Source: a virus (Duplodnaviria; Caudoviricetes). From it: DNA of 64,000 bases. Under the pieces are notes generated by a model. It did no database searches. It was given only the letters and a program-made list of their open reading frames with translations, and had not been told where the DNA came from. The translations under genes and the position numbers were made by a program. Positions 8,719 through 17,775 of this stretch are shown in pieces (position 1 is the first letter of the stretch; each line of letters starts with the position of its first letter). The stretch lies in the IMG/VR virus record IMGVR_UViG_2887723448_000002, positions 3,151 through 67,150 of that record, one strand, 5' to 3'.

Positions 8719-9539
8719 TGGCTACGAAACACGAAATCGTTACCCTTCGCGCTCTTTTCGCGCTGCCGCCCATCAAAGAGTCGGTCAGCACTGCGCTCGC
8801 CGTTCCCGATATGCCGCAGCAGACAGTGACGACCGGCGACCGCGAGGTAGACGCGGTTCTTTGGTTGCAACGCGTCGTGAGTACGGGTCACCCGACTCTC
8901 ATCGCCAAGGCGCTGGAAGCTGTCAAGCTCATCGAAACCCCAATGACGAGTTTGGCAGACCGCTACGCGGACTACTTGCGTCGGTCAGGGGCTCATCCCC
9001 TGCAAGTCGCCTTCGGCACGGTCGGCTTCGGCGATCTCGACAAGCAGGCGGACCGTGCGATCGACAAGGCGCGCAATCAGCATGAAGCGCTCGCAAGATT
9101 CGGTAGCGTCGAATCTTTGTTCGCTGATACGCCGGCAGAAAAGGCCTGCAAAAAGGCGCTGCGCGGACTGAATGCCAGCGCACATGGATTCTATGACGAC
9201 GACGCCATTGCCGATCGTTTCGGCCGGTTCCCTGGCTTGGTGCCTCATACCATCGATGATTGCCTGTATGTCAGAGCCTACTGGCGGGATATGTACCGCC
9301 TCCGCCTCGCGATGGGCGACTCCGGCGACGGAACATCGCATGGATGGGCTCACGAATGCTATTGCCTCGCCATGCTGGCACGCATCAAACCGCGCGATGG
9401 CGCTGAAGCCATAGCCGCTTTCGACCACCTTTACGAAAGCGACTCGGACGATTCAAAGGAAGCGCCGGCAATTCTGCGCAATCTCGTAGTGAGTGGCTGG
9501 AACTCCAGCTATCAACCAGTTCAGCAAGAGGAGCAATAG
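8718..9539 (+). CDS. hypothetical phage protein (273 aa)
   Basis: Long ORF translationally coupled within the arc-antirepressor operon. Confidence 0.7.
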   Translation: MATKHEIVTLRALFALPPIKESVSTALAVPDMPQQTVTTGDREVDAVLWLQRVVSTGHPTLIAKALEAVKLIETPMTSLADRYADYLRRSGAHPLQVAFGTVGFGDLDKQADRAIDKARNQHEALARFGSVESLFADTPAEKACKKALRGLNASAHGFYDDDAIADRFGRFPGLVPHTIDDCLYVRAYWRDMYRLRLAMGDSGDGTSHGWAHECYCLAMLARIKPRDGAEAIAAFDHLYESDSDDSKEAPAILRNLVVSGWNSSYQPVQQEEQ

Positions 9540-9541
9540 GC

Positions 9542-10357
9542 ATGAGCAATATCATTCCGTTCCTATTCAAGGACCACGGCAGGATCCACGAAATCCGCGC
9601 CGTCATCATTGACGACGAGGACCACTTCGTCGGCAAAGATGTATGTTCAGCGCTCGCATACGCGGACTCGACGACGGCAATGCGGTCTCACTGCCGAGGG
9701 GTGCAAAAGCTGCACCCCATCCCTGACGCTAAAGGGCGTCTGCAAGATACCCGGGTTCTTACCGAGGCGGATGTGCTGCGCCTGATTGTGAGCAGCACCC
9801 TCCCCGCCGCAGAGCACTTTGAGCGCTGGGTGTTCGAGGAAGTGCTGCCCGCGATCCGAAAGACCGGAAGCTACCAAGCCCCTGGTACGCCGCAGCGCTC
9901 AGCAAAAATGGAAGCGGAGATAGCAGGCGCCGAGCTGTACGCGCGCTTGCTCAGACCCGCTCCATCAAGTCAAGTCGCCATGATCGCGAAGATCGTGGAG
10001 AACAATGGCGGCGATCCGAAATTCCTTCCGGCCTATGCCGTGGATGCCGCTCCCGATCAACTGAGCGGCAGTTCAATGCCGACCAAGCCGCTGAGCGCGC
10101 TTCTTTCCGATCACGGAATCCGCATGAGCGCCCAGGCATTCAACAAGTTGCTGGCTGAGGCGGGTTATATCGAAGAGCGTACGCGACCGAGTTCATCGGG
10201 CAAGGATGGAGTCAAGCGATTCTGGGCCATCACAGACTTGGGGCTGCGGTACGGAAAGAATTTGACGCCTCCAAACAATCCGCGCGAGACGCAACCGCAC
10301 TGGTACGTCGAGCGCTTTGCTGAACTCCATGAACTCGTTGTGACTATCGCGGCATAG
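9542..10357 (+). CDS. BRO-N domain antirepressor-like protein
   Basis: FVGKDVCSALAY...EADVLRLIVSSTLPAAEHFERWVFEEVLPAIRKTGSY (BRO-N), then a C-terminal KilA-C-like segment. Confidence 0.85.
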   Translation: MSNIIPFLFKDHGRIHEIRAVIIDDEDHFVGKDVCSALAYADSTTAMRSHCRGVQKLHPIPDAKGRLQDTRVLTEADVLRLIVSSTLPAAEHFERWVFEEVLPAIRKTGSYQAPGTPQRSAKMEAEIAGAELYARLLRPAPSSQVAMIAKIVENNGGDPKFLPAYAVDAAPDQLSGSSMPTKPLSALLSDHGIRMSAQAFNKLLAEAGYIEERTRPSSSGKDGVKRFWAITDLGLRYGKNLTPPNNPRETQPHWYVERFAELHELVVTIAA

Positions 10358-10578
10358 AAAGATGCGCCCCGGCTGGCTGTAACCAGTCGAGGCGCGATTG
10401 ATCCGAAACCCACCTCTCCACGGGAGAGCCCGAATCATGGAACATCCTAGCACGCAGCACACAAACCCCGACAGCGGGCCAGAGCCGAGTGTTCGATCTT
10501 TCCACAGCATGCTGTCGGGCGACCCCCTTTGAATTTCAGCGAGCTACAATGCCGCCTCTACCAATAAAAAGTTACGAC

Positions 10579-11694
10579 ATGGAACAACGACGCTTAGATT
10601 TCATTCAGGCGCTTCGCGGAATAGCTGCACTCGGGGTAGTAATTTGCCACGCTCGCTGGTTCCTTCACGACACTCCGAATTGGGATTCCGCAAATCGCTA
10701 TCTCATTTGGGGTGCTGGCGGGGTCGACTTGTTCTTCATCATCAGTGGCTTCATTATGGTTTATGCGACTCGCAACTTCGACGGCTCGCCTTCGTATGTC
10801 CGCAATTTTGGTATAAAGCGCTTTGCAAAGATTTGGCCGCCATACGCTGTGGCTACGATCATCTGGCTTTTAGTTGGTCGGGGCAGTGGATACCTGTCCG
10901 AATATCACACTAACTTAATAAAAAGCCTGCTCTTTATTCCTTTCGATTCGTCCCGCCCCCTGTACCTTGGCAGCGAGCAAACAACCCTATCGGTCGGCTG
11001 GACTCTGAACTATGAAGCATACTTCTATGTCGCGTTCGGCTTGTCGATGCTGTTTAAAAAGCTGCGCTGGGTTGTCTTCTCCGGCTGGATGCTGTTCTTC
11101 CTGATCGCCCTTCCGTCTATTTATGATGTGGGGACTTTGGATCCGCTCGCGCAGATGGGATTTCGATCATCCTATCTGTCCATGATGACAAACCCGATAA
11201 TTTGGAATTTCCTGATAGGAGTCATCCTCGGGCACTTCTACTTGACGGAAAAACTTCCACTGCCACGACCCCTTGCATGGTCCATCGCCCTACTGGCCCT
11301 AACGATCTGTCTTTGGGGGTACGTCGGTAACTTCTGGGCAGTCGACGGCATAAAAGGATGGGGCGGATATTCTGCTGCACTTGTCCTGGGTCTTGCTGTT
11401 CTCGCCAAGACGGAAAACCTCCGTGTTCCTAGGGTGCTCGTGACACTGGGAAACATGTCTTTTACGCTTTACCTGACGCACGAAATCGCCTTCAATCTCG
11501 TGCTTCGAGCGTATAGCGCAGTCGGCCAAAGAGAACAAGTTCATACGTGGGCGGCTTCCGTTTTGGCGGTTGGAGTTTCCCTTTCCTTAGCTATTGCAGT
11601 TTCTGGCTTGCTCGAAAATAGGCTGCATGACCTGGCCTTGAGGGTGCTTTCCCGGCGAAATCGAATGCCCAATGTCTTAACTCACCAGAGTTGA
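10579..11694 (+). CDS. acyltransferase family 3 (OafA-like polysaccharide O-acyltransferase)
   Basis: IQALRGIAALGVVICH, GVDLFFIISGFIM, KRFAKIWPPY, GWTLNYEAYFY, LGNMSFTLYLTH; about 10 TM segments; visibly AT-richer than the flanks. Confidence 0.9.
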   Translation: MEQRRLDFIQALRGIAALGVVICHARWFLHDTPNWDSANRYLIWGAGGVDLFFIISGFIMVYATRNFDGSPSYVRNFGIKRFAKIWPPYAVATIIWLLVGRGSGYLSEYHTNLIKSLLFIPFDSSRPLYLGSEQTTLSVGWTLNYEAYFYVAFGLSMLFKKLRWVVFSGWMLFFLIALPSIYDVGTLDPLAQMGFRSSYLSMMTNPIIWNFLIGVILGHFYLTEKLPLPRPLAWSIALLALTICLWGYVGNFWAVDGIKGWGGYSAALVLGLAVLAKTENLRVPRVLVTLGNMSFTLYLTHEIAFNLVLRAYSAVGQREQVHTWAASVLAVGVSLSLAIAVSGLLENRLHDLALRVLSRRNRMPNVLTHQS

Positions 11695-11792
11695 GATCAT
11701 CGGATGAGCTTAGCGCGGCGGGGGGGTACCGCGGCGTCTAAGCGACAGATTTGATCGAGATTCAGGCGGACCCCGTTTGAGCGGTGCCGGCT

Positions 11793-11821
11793 CTGACTCT
11801 ACCCGCTAGGTTTGGTACACT
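11793..11821 (+). promoter_or_regulatory. sigma70-like promoter for the hydroxylase moron
   Basis: CTGACT-17-TACACT, 24 nt upstream of the ATG. Confidence 0.5.
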
Positions 11822-11845
11822 CGCCGGCATTCATCGGAGCAAAGC

Positions 11846-12700
11846 ATGCACTTCAGCGGCAACCGTCTCACTGCGCTCTACCTTGCAACCGGTCAGCGTG
11901 TCCTGATCGCCGCAGCCGTATGCACAGTTTTGGAAGTGGCGCTTCCCGCCGCGAAACGAGATTCGTGGGGATCGAGGCTGCGCGGCCTTCTGAACTGGGC
12001 GACCTACCTCGCCGTCGCAACTCTAACGTGGGGGGCTGCCACATTAGGTTTCGAGTGGATCGGTCTGAAGCCAATCTTGCACATCGACTTGGGTTCGTTG
12101 CTTCACGCCAAAAATCCTATCGCGCATGGCGCATGGGTTATTTCTGCCGCCGTGATAGTCGCGATGATCGGGGATTTCTTCTACTACTGGTTCCACCGGA
12201 TGCAGCACAGCATCGGCTTCTTCTGGCGCTTTCATGCGGTTCACCACTCGATCCAGGAGATGAATGCGTTCAACTGCAATCACCACATCACGGAAGACTT
12301 GATGCGGCTCCCTTTCGTCGCTCTTCCGTTGACGCTCATGCAGTTCGACTCGGGCGCTGTGCCTGCGATCGCCATCTTCCTAATCGGTCTTCAACCGGTC
12401 TTTGAGCACTCATCTACTCGGCTGCACCTAGGGCCGTTCCGCTATCTCATCGGTGACCCGCGCTTTCATCGCATTCATCACTCAATCGAGCGGCGGCACT
12501 GGAACTGCAACTTCGGATCGTTCACGACGGTGTGGGACTCGCTTTTTCGCACCGCCGTTTTCCCTGAGCGCGGCCAGTGGCCGGAGGTTGGTCTCGAAGA
12601 TCAGTCGGAGCCGAGAACGCTTCGGGACTATATACTCCGCCCCTTTTTGAGCGACAAGGCCAAACCGTCCGGCACGGCTGAGCTTAACGCTGCCGGATGA
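11846..12700 (+). CDS. fatty acid hydroxylase / sterol desaturase family di-iron membrane enzyme
   Basis: His boxes YWFHRMQH, FHAVHHS, FEHS, FHRIHHS, plus NFGSFTTVWDSLFRT. Confidence 0.9.
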   Translation: MHFSGNRLTALYLATGQRVLIAAAVCTVLEVALPAAKRDSWGSRLRGLLNWATYLAVATLTWGAATLGFEWIGLKPILHIDLGSLLHAKNPIAHGAWVISAAVIVAMIGDFFYYWFHRMQHSIGFFWRFHAVHHSIQEMNAFNCNHHITEDLMRLPFVALPLTLMQFDSGAVPAIAIFLIGLQPVFEHSSTRLHLGPFRYLIGDPRFHRIHHSIERRHWNCNFGSFTTVWDSLFRTAVFPERGQWPEVGLEDQSEPRTLRDYILRPFLSDKAKPSGTAELNAAG

Positions 12701-12727
12701 TCCGCTGCGCGCCCAATCTGATCAGAT

Positions 12728-12910
12728 TCAGGTGGGCGCCAACAAATACTGCTGAACAGTGACCGATTGAGCGTTGTAGTACGTTTCCCACAGCGCATCG
12801 CTCGTATCAACTAGGCCTAGATTTGCCCACACCTTAGGGTCTTGCGGAGAGGCGAAAACACTCTGGATCGTCTGGTCCGTTGAGTCTTCAAACTGAACGT
12901 TTATTTGCAT
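12728..12910 (-). CDS. small tail-fibre-associated (assembly) protein
   Basis: 60 aa directly downstream of the tail fibre; VQFED...VFASPQD...W pattern. Confidence 0.55.
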   Translation of the reverse strand: MQINVQFEDSTDQTIQSVFASPQDPKVWANLGLVDTSDALWETYYNAQSVTVQQYLLAPT

Positions 12911-12919
12911 GAAAGCACC

Positions 12920-14686
12920 CTAGAAGATTCGATAGCTCGTAATGGCTGCTGTCACTACCCACGTGCCGCCAGCCGATGCTGTTGTCGTAAGAAATACAGT
13001 TTGCGCGGTCTGCAGCATCAAATCTCGGAACGAGGAAGTATTCGAAGATCCACCGGTTGTGTTCGAGATCGTGTTACCTACCGCGCCAATCGGAATCGCT
13101 GCCGATGCAAGGGTAATACCGGCCGTCCCGATCGCTGTGATAGTCGAAGATAGCAGCCCAGAGATGTACTTTGCATTGGGCGGCACGACCGTCGCGATAC
13201 TCGTCGACTGATTGGTGACGACCGAACTGGCAGTCACCGCAGTCGAGCCCACAATGCTGAGTGCGCCATCTTGTTGAAACCCCGCCACGAACTGCGTGCT
13301 TCCATTGAGCGGCCATACCGAGATCAACCCCGTGCAGATCCACCCGCTCGGCGGCGCTGCGCCCACATTCGGCAGCGGCGAGTTCGCGTTGGCGATGTAG
13401 GCGCCCTGCGCGCCTGTCGTCGGGTTGAATGCGGCATAGATGCCAGCGAACCCGTTTGCCGCCAATGCCGTTCCGACAACCCCGCCAATCCCCGTCGCCA
13501 CGGTCGAGACCGTCTGATTGAAGTTCGCGAGCAGGAACGATTGGCCGCCCAGAGCGGACTTCACCGCCACCTCATCGGCCGTGATCGTTAGGCTCGTACC
13601 TGCCGCCGCAAGATAGGCTCGCAGATTTCGAGCATTCCCGACAAGACCGGTGACTTGCTGAAGCTGCACCGCCTGCCCTGGTGCTACTGCGGGGGCTGTT
13701 TGGAGGGCGCCGCCTGTGCATTCGATCAGCACCCACGAGGTGATGTCCTGACGCCAGATGAGGTTTGCTCGACCATTCGCGACGAGTTCACCGCCCTGCA
13801 ATGCAGCGTGAGCAGCGCCGACCACGGGAGCCGCAGCGATAACGCCGGGGTTCGGGGTGAAGGTCGTAGCGCCCGTATTGGCCGCGGCGATCTTGACCCA
13901 GACATCCATTCCATCGACGGGTGTCGCAACGGGGATCGGGAACTTGGCCTGAATCGTGTTGGCCGAGCCGCCGTCGATGCCGTACGTCAGATTGCTCGTG
14001 AGAATCGATTGCAGCAGACCGCTCGGCAGGACCGGTGCGCCCGTGTACTGCGCGATGTTCGAGCTCGTGAGCGTGGTCGCCCCGAATGGCACTGTGACGA
14101 CCCAAAGGCCGATCCAGCCAGTGTCAGGAGATGGCGTGACTTGGGAGCCGGTCGTCGCTGCGGTGCCGGCCTTGATCTGGTAGGCGACGATGCCGTCGCG
14201 CCAGTTGTTGCTAGTCGCGCCGCTGTCGTTGGGACCGGACCACGGGGTCGCAGGAGTGGCTGCATTATAAAATTGTAAAACGACAGGGGAAAGCAAACTG
14301 GTGGGGTCGAGACTGAGATCCAGATCTTGATATTGAGCCTCGATCAAATAGTTGATCGATTGGCCGGATGTTCCCGGGGCCGCGAATGTTGCGGTGGTAT
14401 TTGTGCCGAGTTGGATCCCTTGTTTAAGTATCGAGTGCGCGGTATCTGCGGGCAGCGTGCCGCAGTTGGTTGCCTCAAGCGGTGCCGTTTGATAAATCTC
14501 CCCGGGACCAATTTGCAGGGCCATAGTTGCGGGGCTGGTCGGCGTGCATGCAAGTCCGCTGACTAGACCGTTGCTGCCGAACAATGCAGAGCAGACTTTG
14601 GCGATGCCCGTCATTGTGTACTGGGCTTGAGCACTGAACAAATATTCGTAAACTTGCTGCCCGATGTATGTCTCGACGCGTCGCAT
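12920..14686 (-). CDS. tail fibre / baseplate-attached receptor-binding protein
   Basis: Position after the baseplate genes; N-terminal attachment region, YGIDGGSANT...ANTGATT segment, TAPAVAPGQAVQLQQV fibre motif. Confidence 0.75.
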   Translation of the reverse strand: MRRVETYIGQQVYEYLFSAQAQYTMTGIAKVCSALFGSNGLVSGLACTPTSPATMALQIGPGEIYQTAPLEATNCGTLPADTAHSILKQGIQLGTNTTATFAAPGTSGQSINYLIEAQYQDLDLSLDPTSLLSPVVLQFYNAATPATPWSGPNDSGATSNNWRDGIVAYQIKAGTAATTGSQVTPSPDTGWIGLWVVTVPFGATTLTSSNIAQYTGAPVLPSGLLQSILTSNLTYGIDGGSANTIQAKFPIPVATPVDGMDVWVKIAAANTGATTFTPNPGVIAAAPVVGAAHAALQGGELVANGRANLIWRQDITSWVLIECTGGALQTAPAVAPGQAVQLQQVTGLVGNARNLRAYLAAAGTSLTITADEVAVKSALGGQSFLLANFNQTVSTVATGIGGVVGTALAANGFAGIYAAFNPTTGAQGAYIANANSPLPNVGAAPPSGWICTGLISVWPLNGSTQFVAGFQQDGALSIVGSTAVTASSVVTNQSTSIATVVPPNAKYISGLLSSTITAIGTAGITLASAAIPIGAVGNTISNTTGGSSNTSSFRDLMLQTAQTVFLTTTASAGGTWVVTAAITSYRIF

Positions 14687-14791
14687 GGCGCACCCATAAA
14701 AAAAGCCCGCGCTTGGCGGCCTTAGAAGAGAGAAGCCGCACTAGGCGGCTGTGTGGTTTTTGGTGGTGGGCTAGTTACCGGCGCATTTGGC

Positions 14792-17032
14792 CTATTTAGA
14801 CGCCCAACAGTTGTACGCGTAATTGTGGTACAGCGTGGCGCTTCCCCATGCTGGGATAGTGAGGGTCGAGCACATGCGCTGGGCTTCCCCGCCGCCGCTC
14901 GCATTTAGCGTGAGCGCAGTGCTGCTACCGTTTCCTGGCACGAAGATCCGCAGTTCTCGACCAGCCCAGTTGCCGAGGATATCGTTCACCGTAAAGGCAG
15001 AGGTGGTGACCGTCACATTCAAGCAATCAGACGATGCCGGAGCCGTGATGCTCGCCGCGGCAGCCACGGTTGCGCATGTCTGGTTGACGCCCAAATTGTC
15101 TTTAACGATGACAACATCATCGCCATTAACTCCGCCGCTTGCATACGGCGTATAGCTAATGGGGGTGTACCCGCCCGATTGCACGTCGCTGAAGTCGTTG
15201 CCGATAATGGAGATTTGGCCATTCCCAGTGGGGTGGGCAATCGACAGCGCTAAGCCTACTTGAGTCGGGGTACTTCCTCCTGGGCCGCAGTTCGATCCGA
15301 TCCGGTTGTTGTTCACCAGCACATGCGCCGCGTAGGCGAGACTGAGATTCAACGCTACCTCGCCCGTGCCAGCCGCGCCCGTCGAACACAGGGTGGAGTT
15401 GACGATAGAGAAATCGTTCGGCCCGCCCTGGCCTTGCTGTACGTTCATGATCGGCACAGTTTGGCCAGAGCCGCCATGCGCGATGATGTTGTTGAATGTG
15501 ATGTGGTTGCAAGAAGTGTTAGCGGGGCAGCTCGCGTAAATTGCGGTCTGATTGCTGGTGCTTGCGGCCCATGCCGCATCGAATGAGACGAACTGCACCG
15601 CACCACCAACGCTCGCCCCGCTCGGCACGTAAGGCGCGATTTCCAGCCCATACAATCCGCTTTGATCTCCCAGAACTCCGTGTGCGCGAAGGCCCACATT
15701 TTGGTTCTGTCCGCTGATCGAACCGGGAATGAGCGCCATCCCGATATGACACCCTAATGGACCGTTGTCCGTGCCTTCGTAATTGACCGCGCCGTCCGCC
15801 AGGAGGAATCCGATGCCATTTGCCTGGCTGGTCGAATTGATGCATAGGATGGCATTGTCATAGTAGTTATTGCCGGTCGTGTTTGCATAAACCGTATTGC
15901 GCCCATTCGCGATCCCGGCATCCGCTGGGTTCACGATGGTGTTGTTCGCGATCAGGTTGCCGTCAGCCGCCGTGCCGGCGCCGCAGCAATTTGAGCTTGC
16001 GCCTGTACCATCGATAGCAATGCCGTCATACGGGTGCAGGATCGTGTTGAATGCGATCGTCCACCCGCTGATGTAGTGCGACGCGTCCACCGGCGCGAGC
16101 TTGACCGCCGCTCCAGCGGTAGCCGAGGTAGCCGCATTGGCCGCCGTCGTGGCCGTGGCCGTGCCCGGCTGAATGCAAACGCCGGTCAATGTCCCGGTCT
16201 GAGCGTTAAGCACGAGTACATCGGTATTGCCGGTCGCCAGGATGCCCCACGCGCAGTAGCTCTGCGTGTTAGTCGAAGCCGTCTGCCACACGCCATAGCG
16301 GTACGGCCCCACGATCTTGAGCGGGGTCGACACCGTAAGCGGCGCAGTCGTTTTGTAGAGATGCTGCGCGTCGAACAACAGCGGGATTTTGGCGGCCGCG
16401 GTCGCATTGATCGTGCTCTGGAGCGCCGTCGTGTCGGTAGCCGTTCCATTCCCAGCCGCACCAAATACCATCGCCGTCACGCCTGACGCTGGCGGGCTCC
16501 AATTCCAGCAACCGCCCCCAGACGCGGGAACTTGGCTACCATTATCCCCAGCGCCCGAATTGAGCGAACAGGCGGACGAAGACCAGACGTAGTCCATCTG
16601 CCCGCCGTCGCCGGCTGCCGTGTAGCCGTCACGGTGAATCGCCGTGAAAGCCCCAAGAACCGTCGTCGTGATGCTTTGTAGCGCCGCCTGATTCGATACG
16701 TGCGTCAGGCGGTTTAGTAGACCGCTCGAGACGAACTGGGTCGTCGCGGCATTCGAGCTGCTGTCGCCGGCAGGTTGAGTGGGAGCAGTTAGCGCAGACA
16801 GGCCGGTGATCGTGCCGCCTGTGATGGCGACGCTGGGAAGTGTTGCTGCGCCTATGAGCGAAAGACTTTGCGCAGTCAGCGGGCCTGTGAGCGTGCCGCC
16901 GGTCAAAGACAGTTTTGCGGCCAGAGCGCTGTTAAGCTGCGCCGCAGTGAGGATCTGGCCGGGCGTGAATTGAGCGTGGGCGGCAGCGCTCACGAGCAAC
17001 AGCAGTACTGCAAGGAATCGTTTCATCATCAT
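14792..17032 (-). CDS. tailspike-like right-handed beta-helix (pectate-lyase fold) protein with N-terminal signal peptide
   Basis: VTAMVFGAAGNGTATDTTALQSTIN motif, N/G/I-rich beta-helix repeats; start set at the ATGA overlap with the upstream gene: MMMKRFLAVLLLLVSAAAHA-QFTPGQ. Confidence 0.8.
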   Translation of the reverse strand: MMMKRFLAVLLLLVSAAAHAQFTPGQILTAAQLNSALAAKLSLTGGTLTGPLTAQSLSLIGAATLPSVAITGGTITGLSALTAPTQPAGDSSSNAATTQFVSSGLLNRLTHVSNQAALQSITTTVLGAFTAIHRDGYTAAGDGGQMDYVWSSSACSLNSGAGDNGSQVPASGGGCWNWSPPASGVTAMVFGAAGNGTATDTTALQSTINATAAAKIPLLFDAQHLYKTTAPLTVSTPLKIVGPYRYGVWQTASTNTQSYCAWGILATGNTDVLVLNAQTGTLTGVCIQPGTATATTAANAATSATAGAAVKLAPVDASHYISGWTIAFNTILHPYDGIAIDGTGASSNCCGAGTAADGNLIANNTIVNPADAGIANGRNTVYANTTGNNYYDNAILCINSTSQANGIGFLLADGAVNYEGTDNGPLGCHIGMALIPGSISGQNQNVGLRAHGVLGDQSGLYGLEIAPYVPSGASVGGAVQFVSFDAAWAASTSNQTAIYASCPANTSCNHITFNNIIAHGGSGQTVPIMNVQQGQGGPNDFSIVNSTLCSTGAAGTGEVALNLSLAYAAHVLVNNNRIGSNCGPGGSTPTQVGLALSIAHPTGNGQISIIGNDFSDVQSGGYTPISYTPYASGGVNGDDVVIVKDNLGVNQTCATVAAAASITAPASSDCLNVTVTTSAFTVNDILGNWAGRELRIFVPGNGSSTALTLNASGGGEAQRMCSTLTIPAWGSATLYHNYAYNCWASK

Positions 17033-17775
17033 GAAATCGTCGCGGCGTCGAGAATGAATGTTTGATCGAGTGTAAAGGGCGGAATGCCGTAATTCGTGAT
17101 GCACACACCGATGTTCGTTGCGATCGGCCGGCAAGCATTGATCGCGGCATAAATGTCCGCATCCGAAGCCGCCGTGACCTCCGCCGCGAGCGAGCCGGTG
17201 TACCCATGAGATAGCGGTGTCGCGAGCGCCGACCATGCCGCTGCATTCGAATATGCTGCACCAAGCGAGCCACCGGCGACCTGCGGCCGATACGCCGTAA
17301 TCAGCGCACTGAAGGGGCAAGCGATCGATCCCATACGAGCGACACCGCAGAAGCTCGCAACACCCGTGTTCGCGCCGAGGCAACCTGTGTCCAGAGGTCT
17401 AGCAGGCTCGAAGATGATCGGGGCATTCCCGGTCAACTGGGTGAGCATGCTTTCCATCGCGGGTCGCGTGACGCGCTTCTGGAAGATCGCAAGCTGGATC
17501 CTGGCGATATAACTCGCGCCCGACTCACCCTGCTTGCGCGGCAGGCTCGTTCCGAGGAAATCAGATGCCCAGATATCGATCCATCCGCCCGACGATGTCT
17601 GTAGGCGCGTTTGCGCCCAGAAGAACATGATCAGGGTGTACATGATCGACAGCGCCGAAGCGATGCCGTTGAGGACGCCATTCAGGATCTCTGCGAGCGC
17701 GAGATCCCCGAACCATCCCCGTGGCAGATAGGACTGAAGCCTCGAAACGATGTCCTGCTGGTCGCCCTTCGCCAT
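17029..17775 (-). CDS. baseplate wedge protein
   Basis: Follows baseplate J; RLQTSSGGWIDIWASDFLG pattern of wedge subunits. Confidence 0.7.
   Translation of the reverse strand: MAKGDQQDIVSRLQSYLPRGWFGDLALAEILNGVLNGIASALSIMYTLIMFFWAQTRLQTSSGGWIDIWASDFLGTSLPRKQGESGASYIARIQLAIFQKRVTRPAMESMLTQLTGNAPIIFEPARPLDTGCLGANTGVASFCGVARMGSIACPFSALITAYRPQVAGGSLGAAYSNAAAWSALATPLSHGYTGSLAAEVTAASDADIYAAINACRPIATNIGVCITNYGIPPFTLDQTFILDAATIS

Noticed and set aside
17032-17383. N-terminal 117 aa of the 863-aa ORF-track call
   Set aside because: Overlaps the baseplate wedge gene in another frame; the ATGA-coupled start at 17032 is far more plausible.
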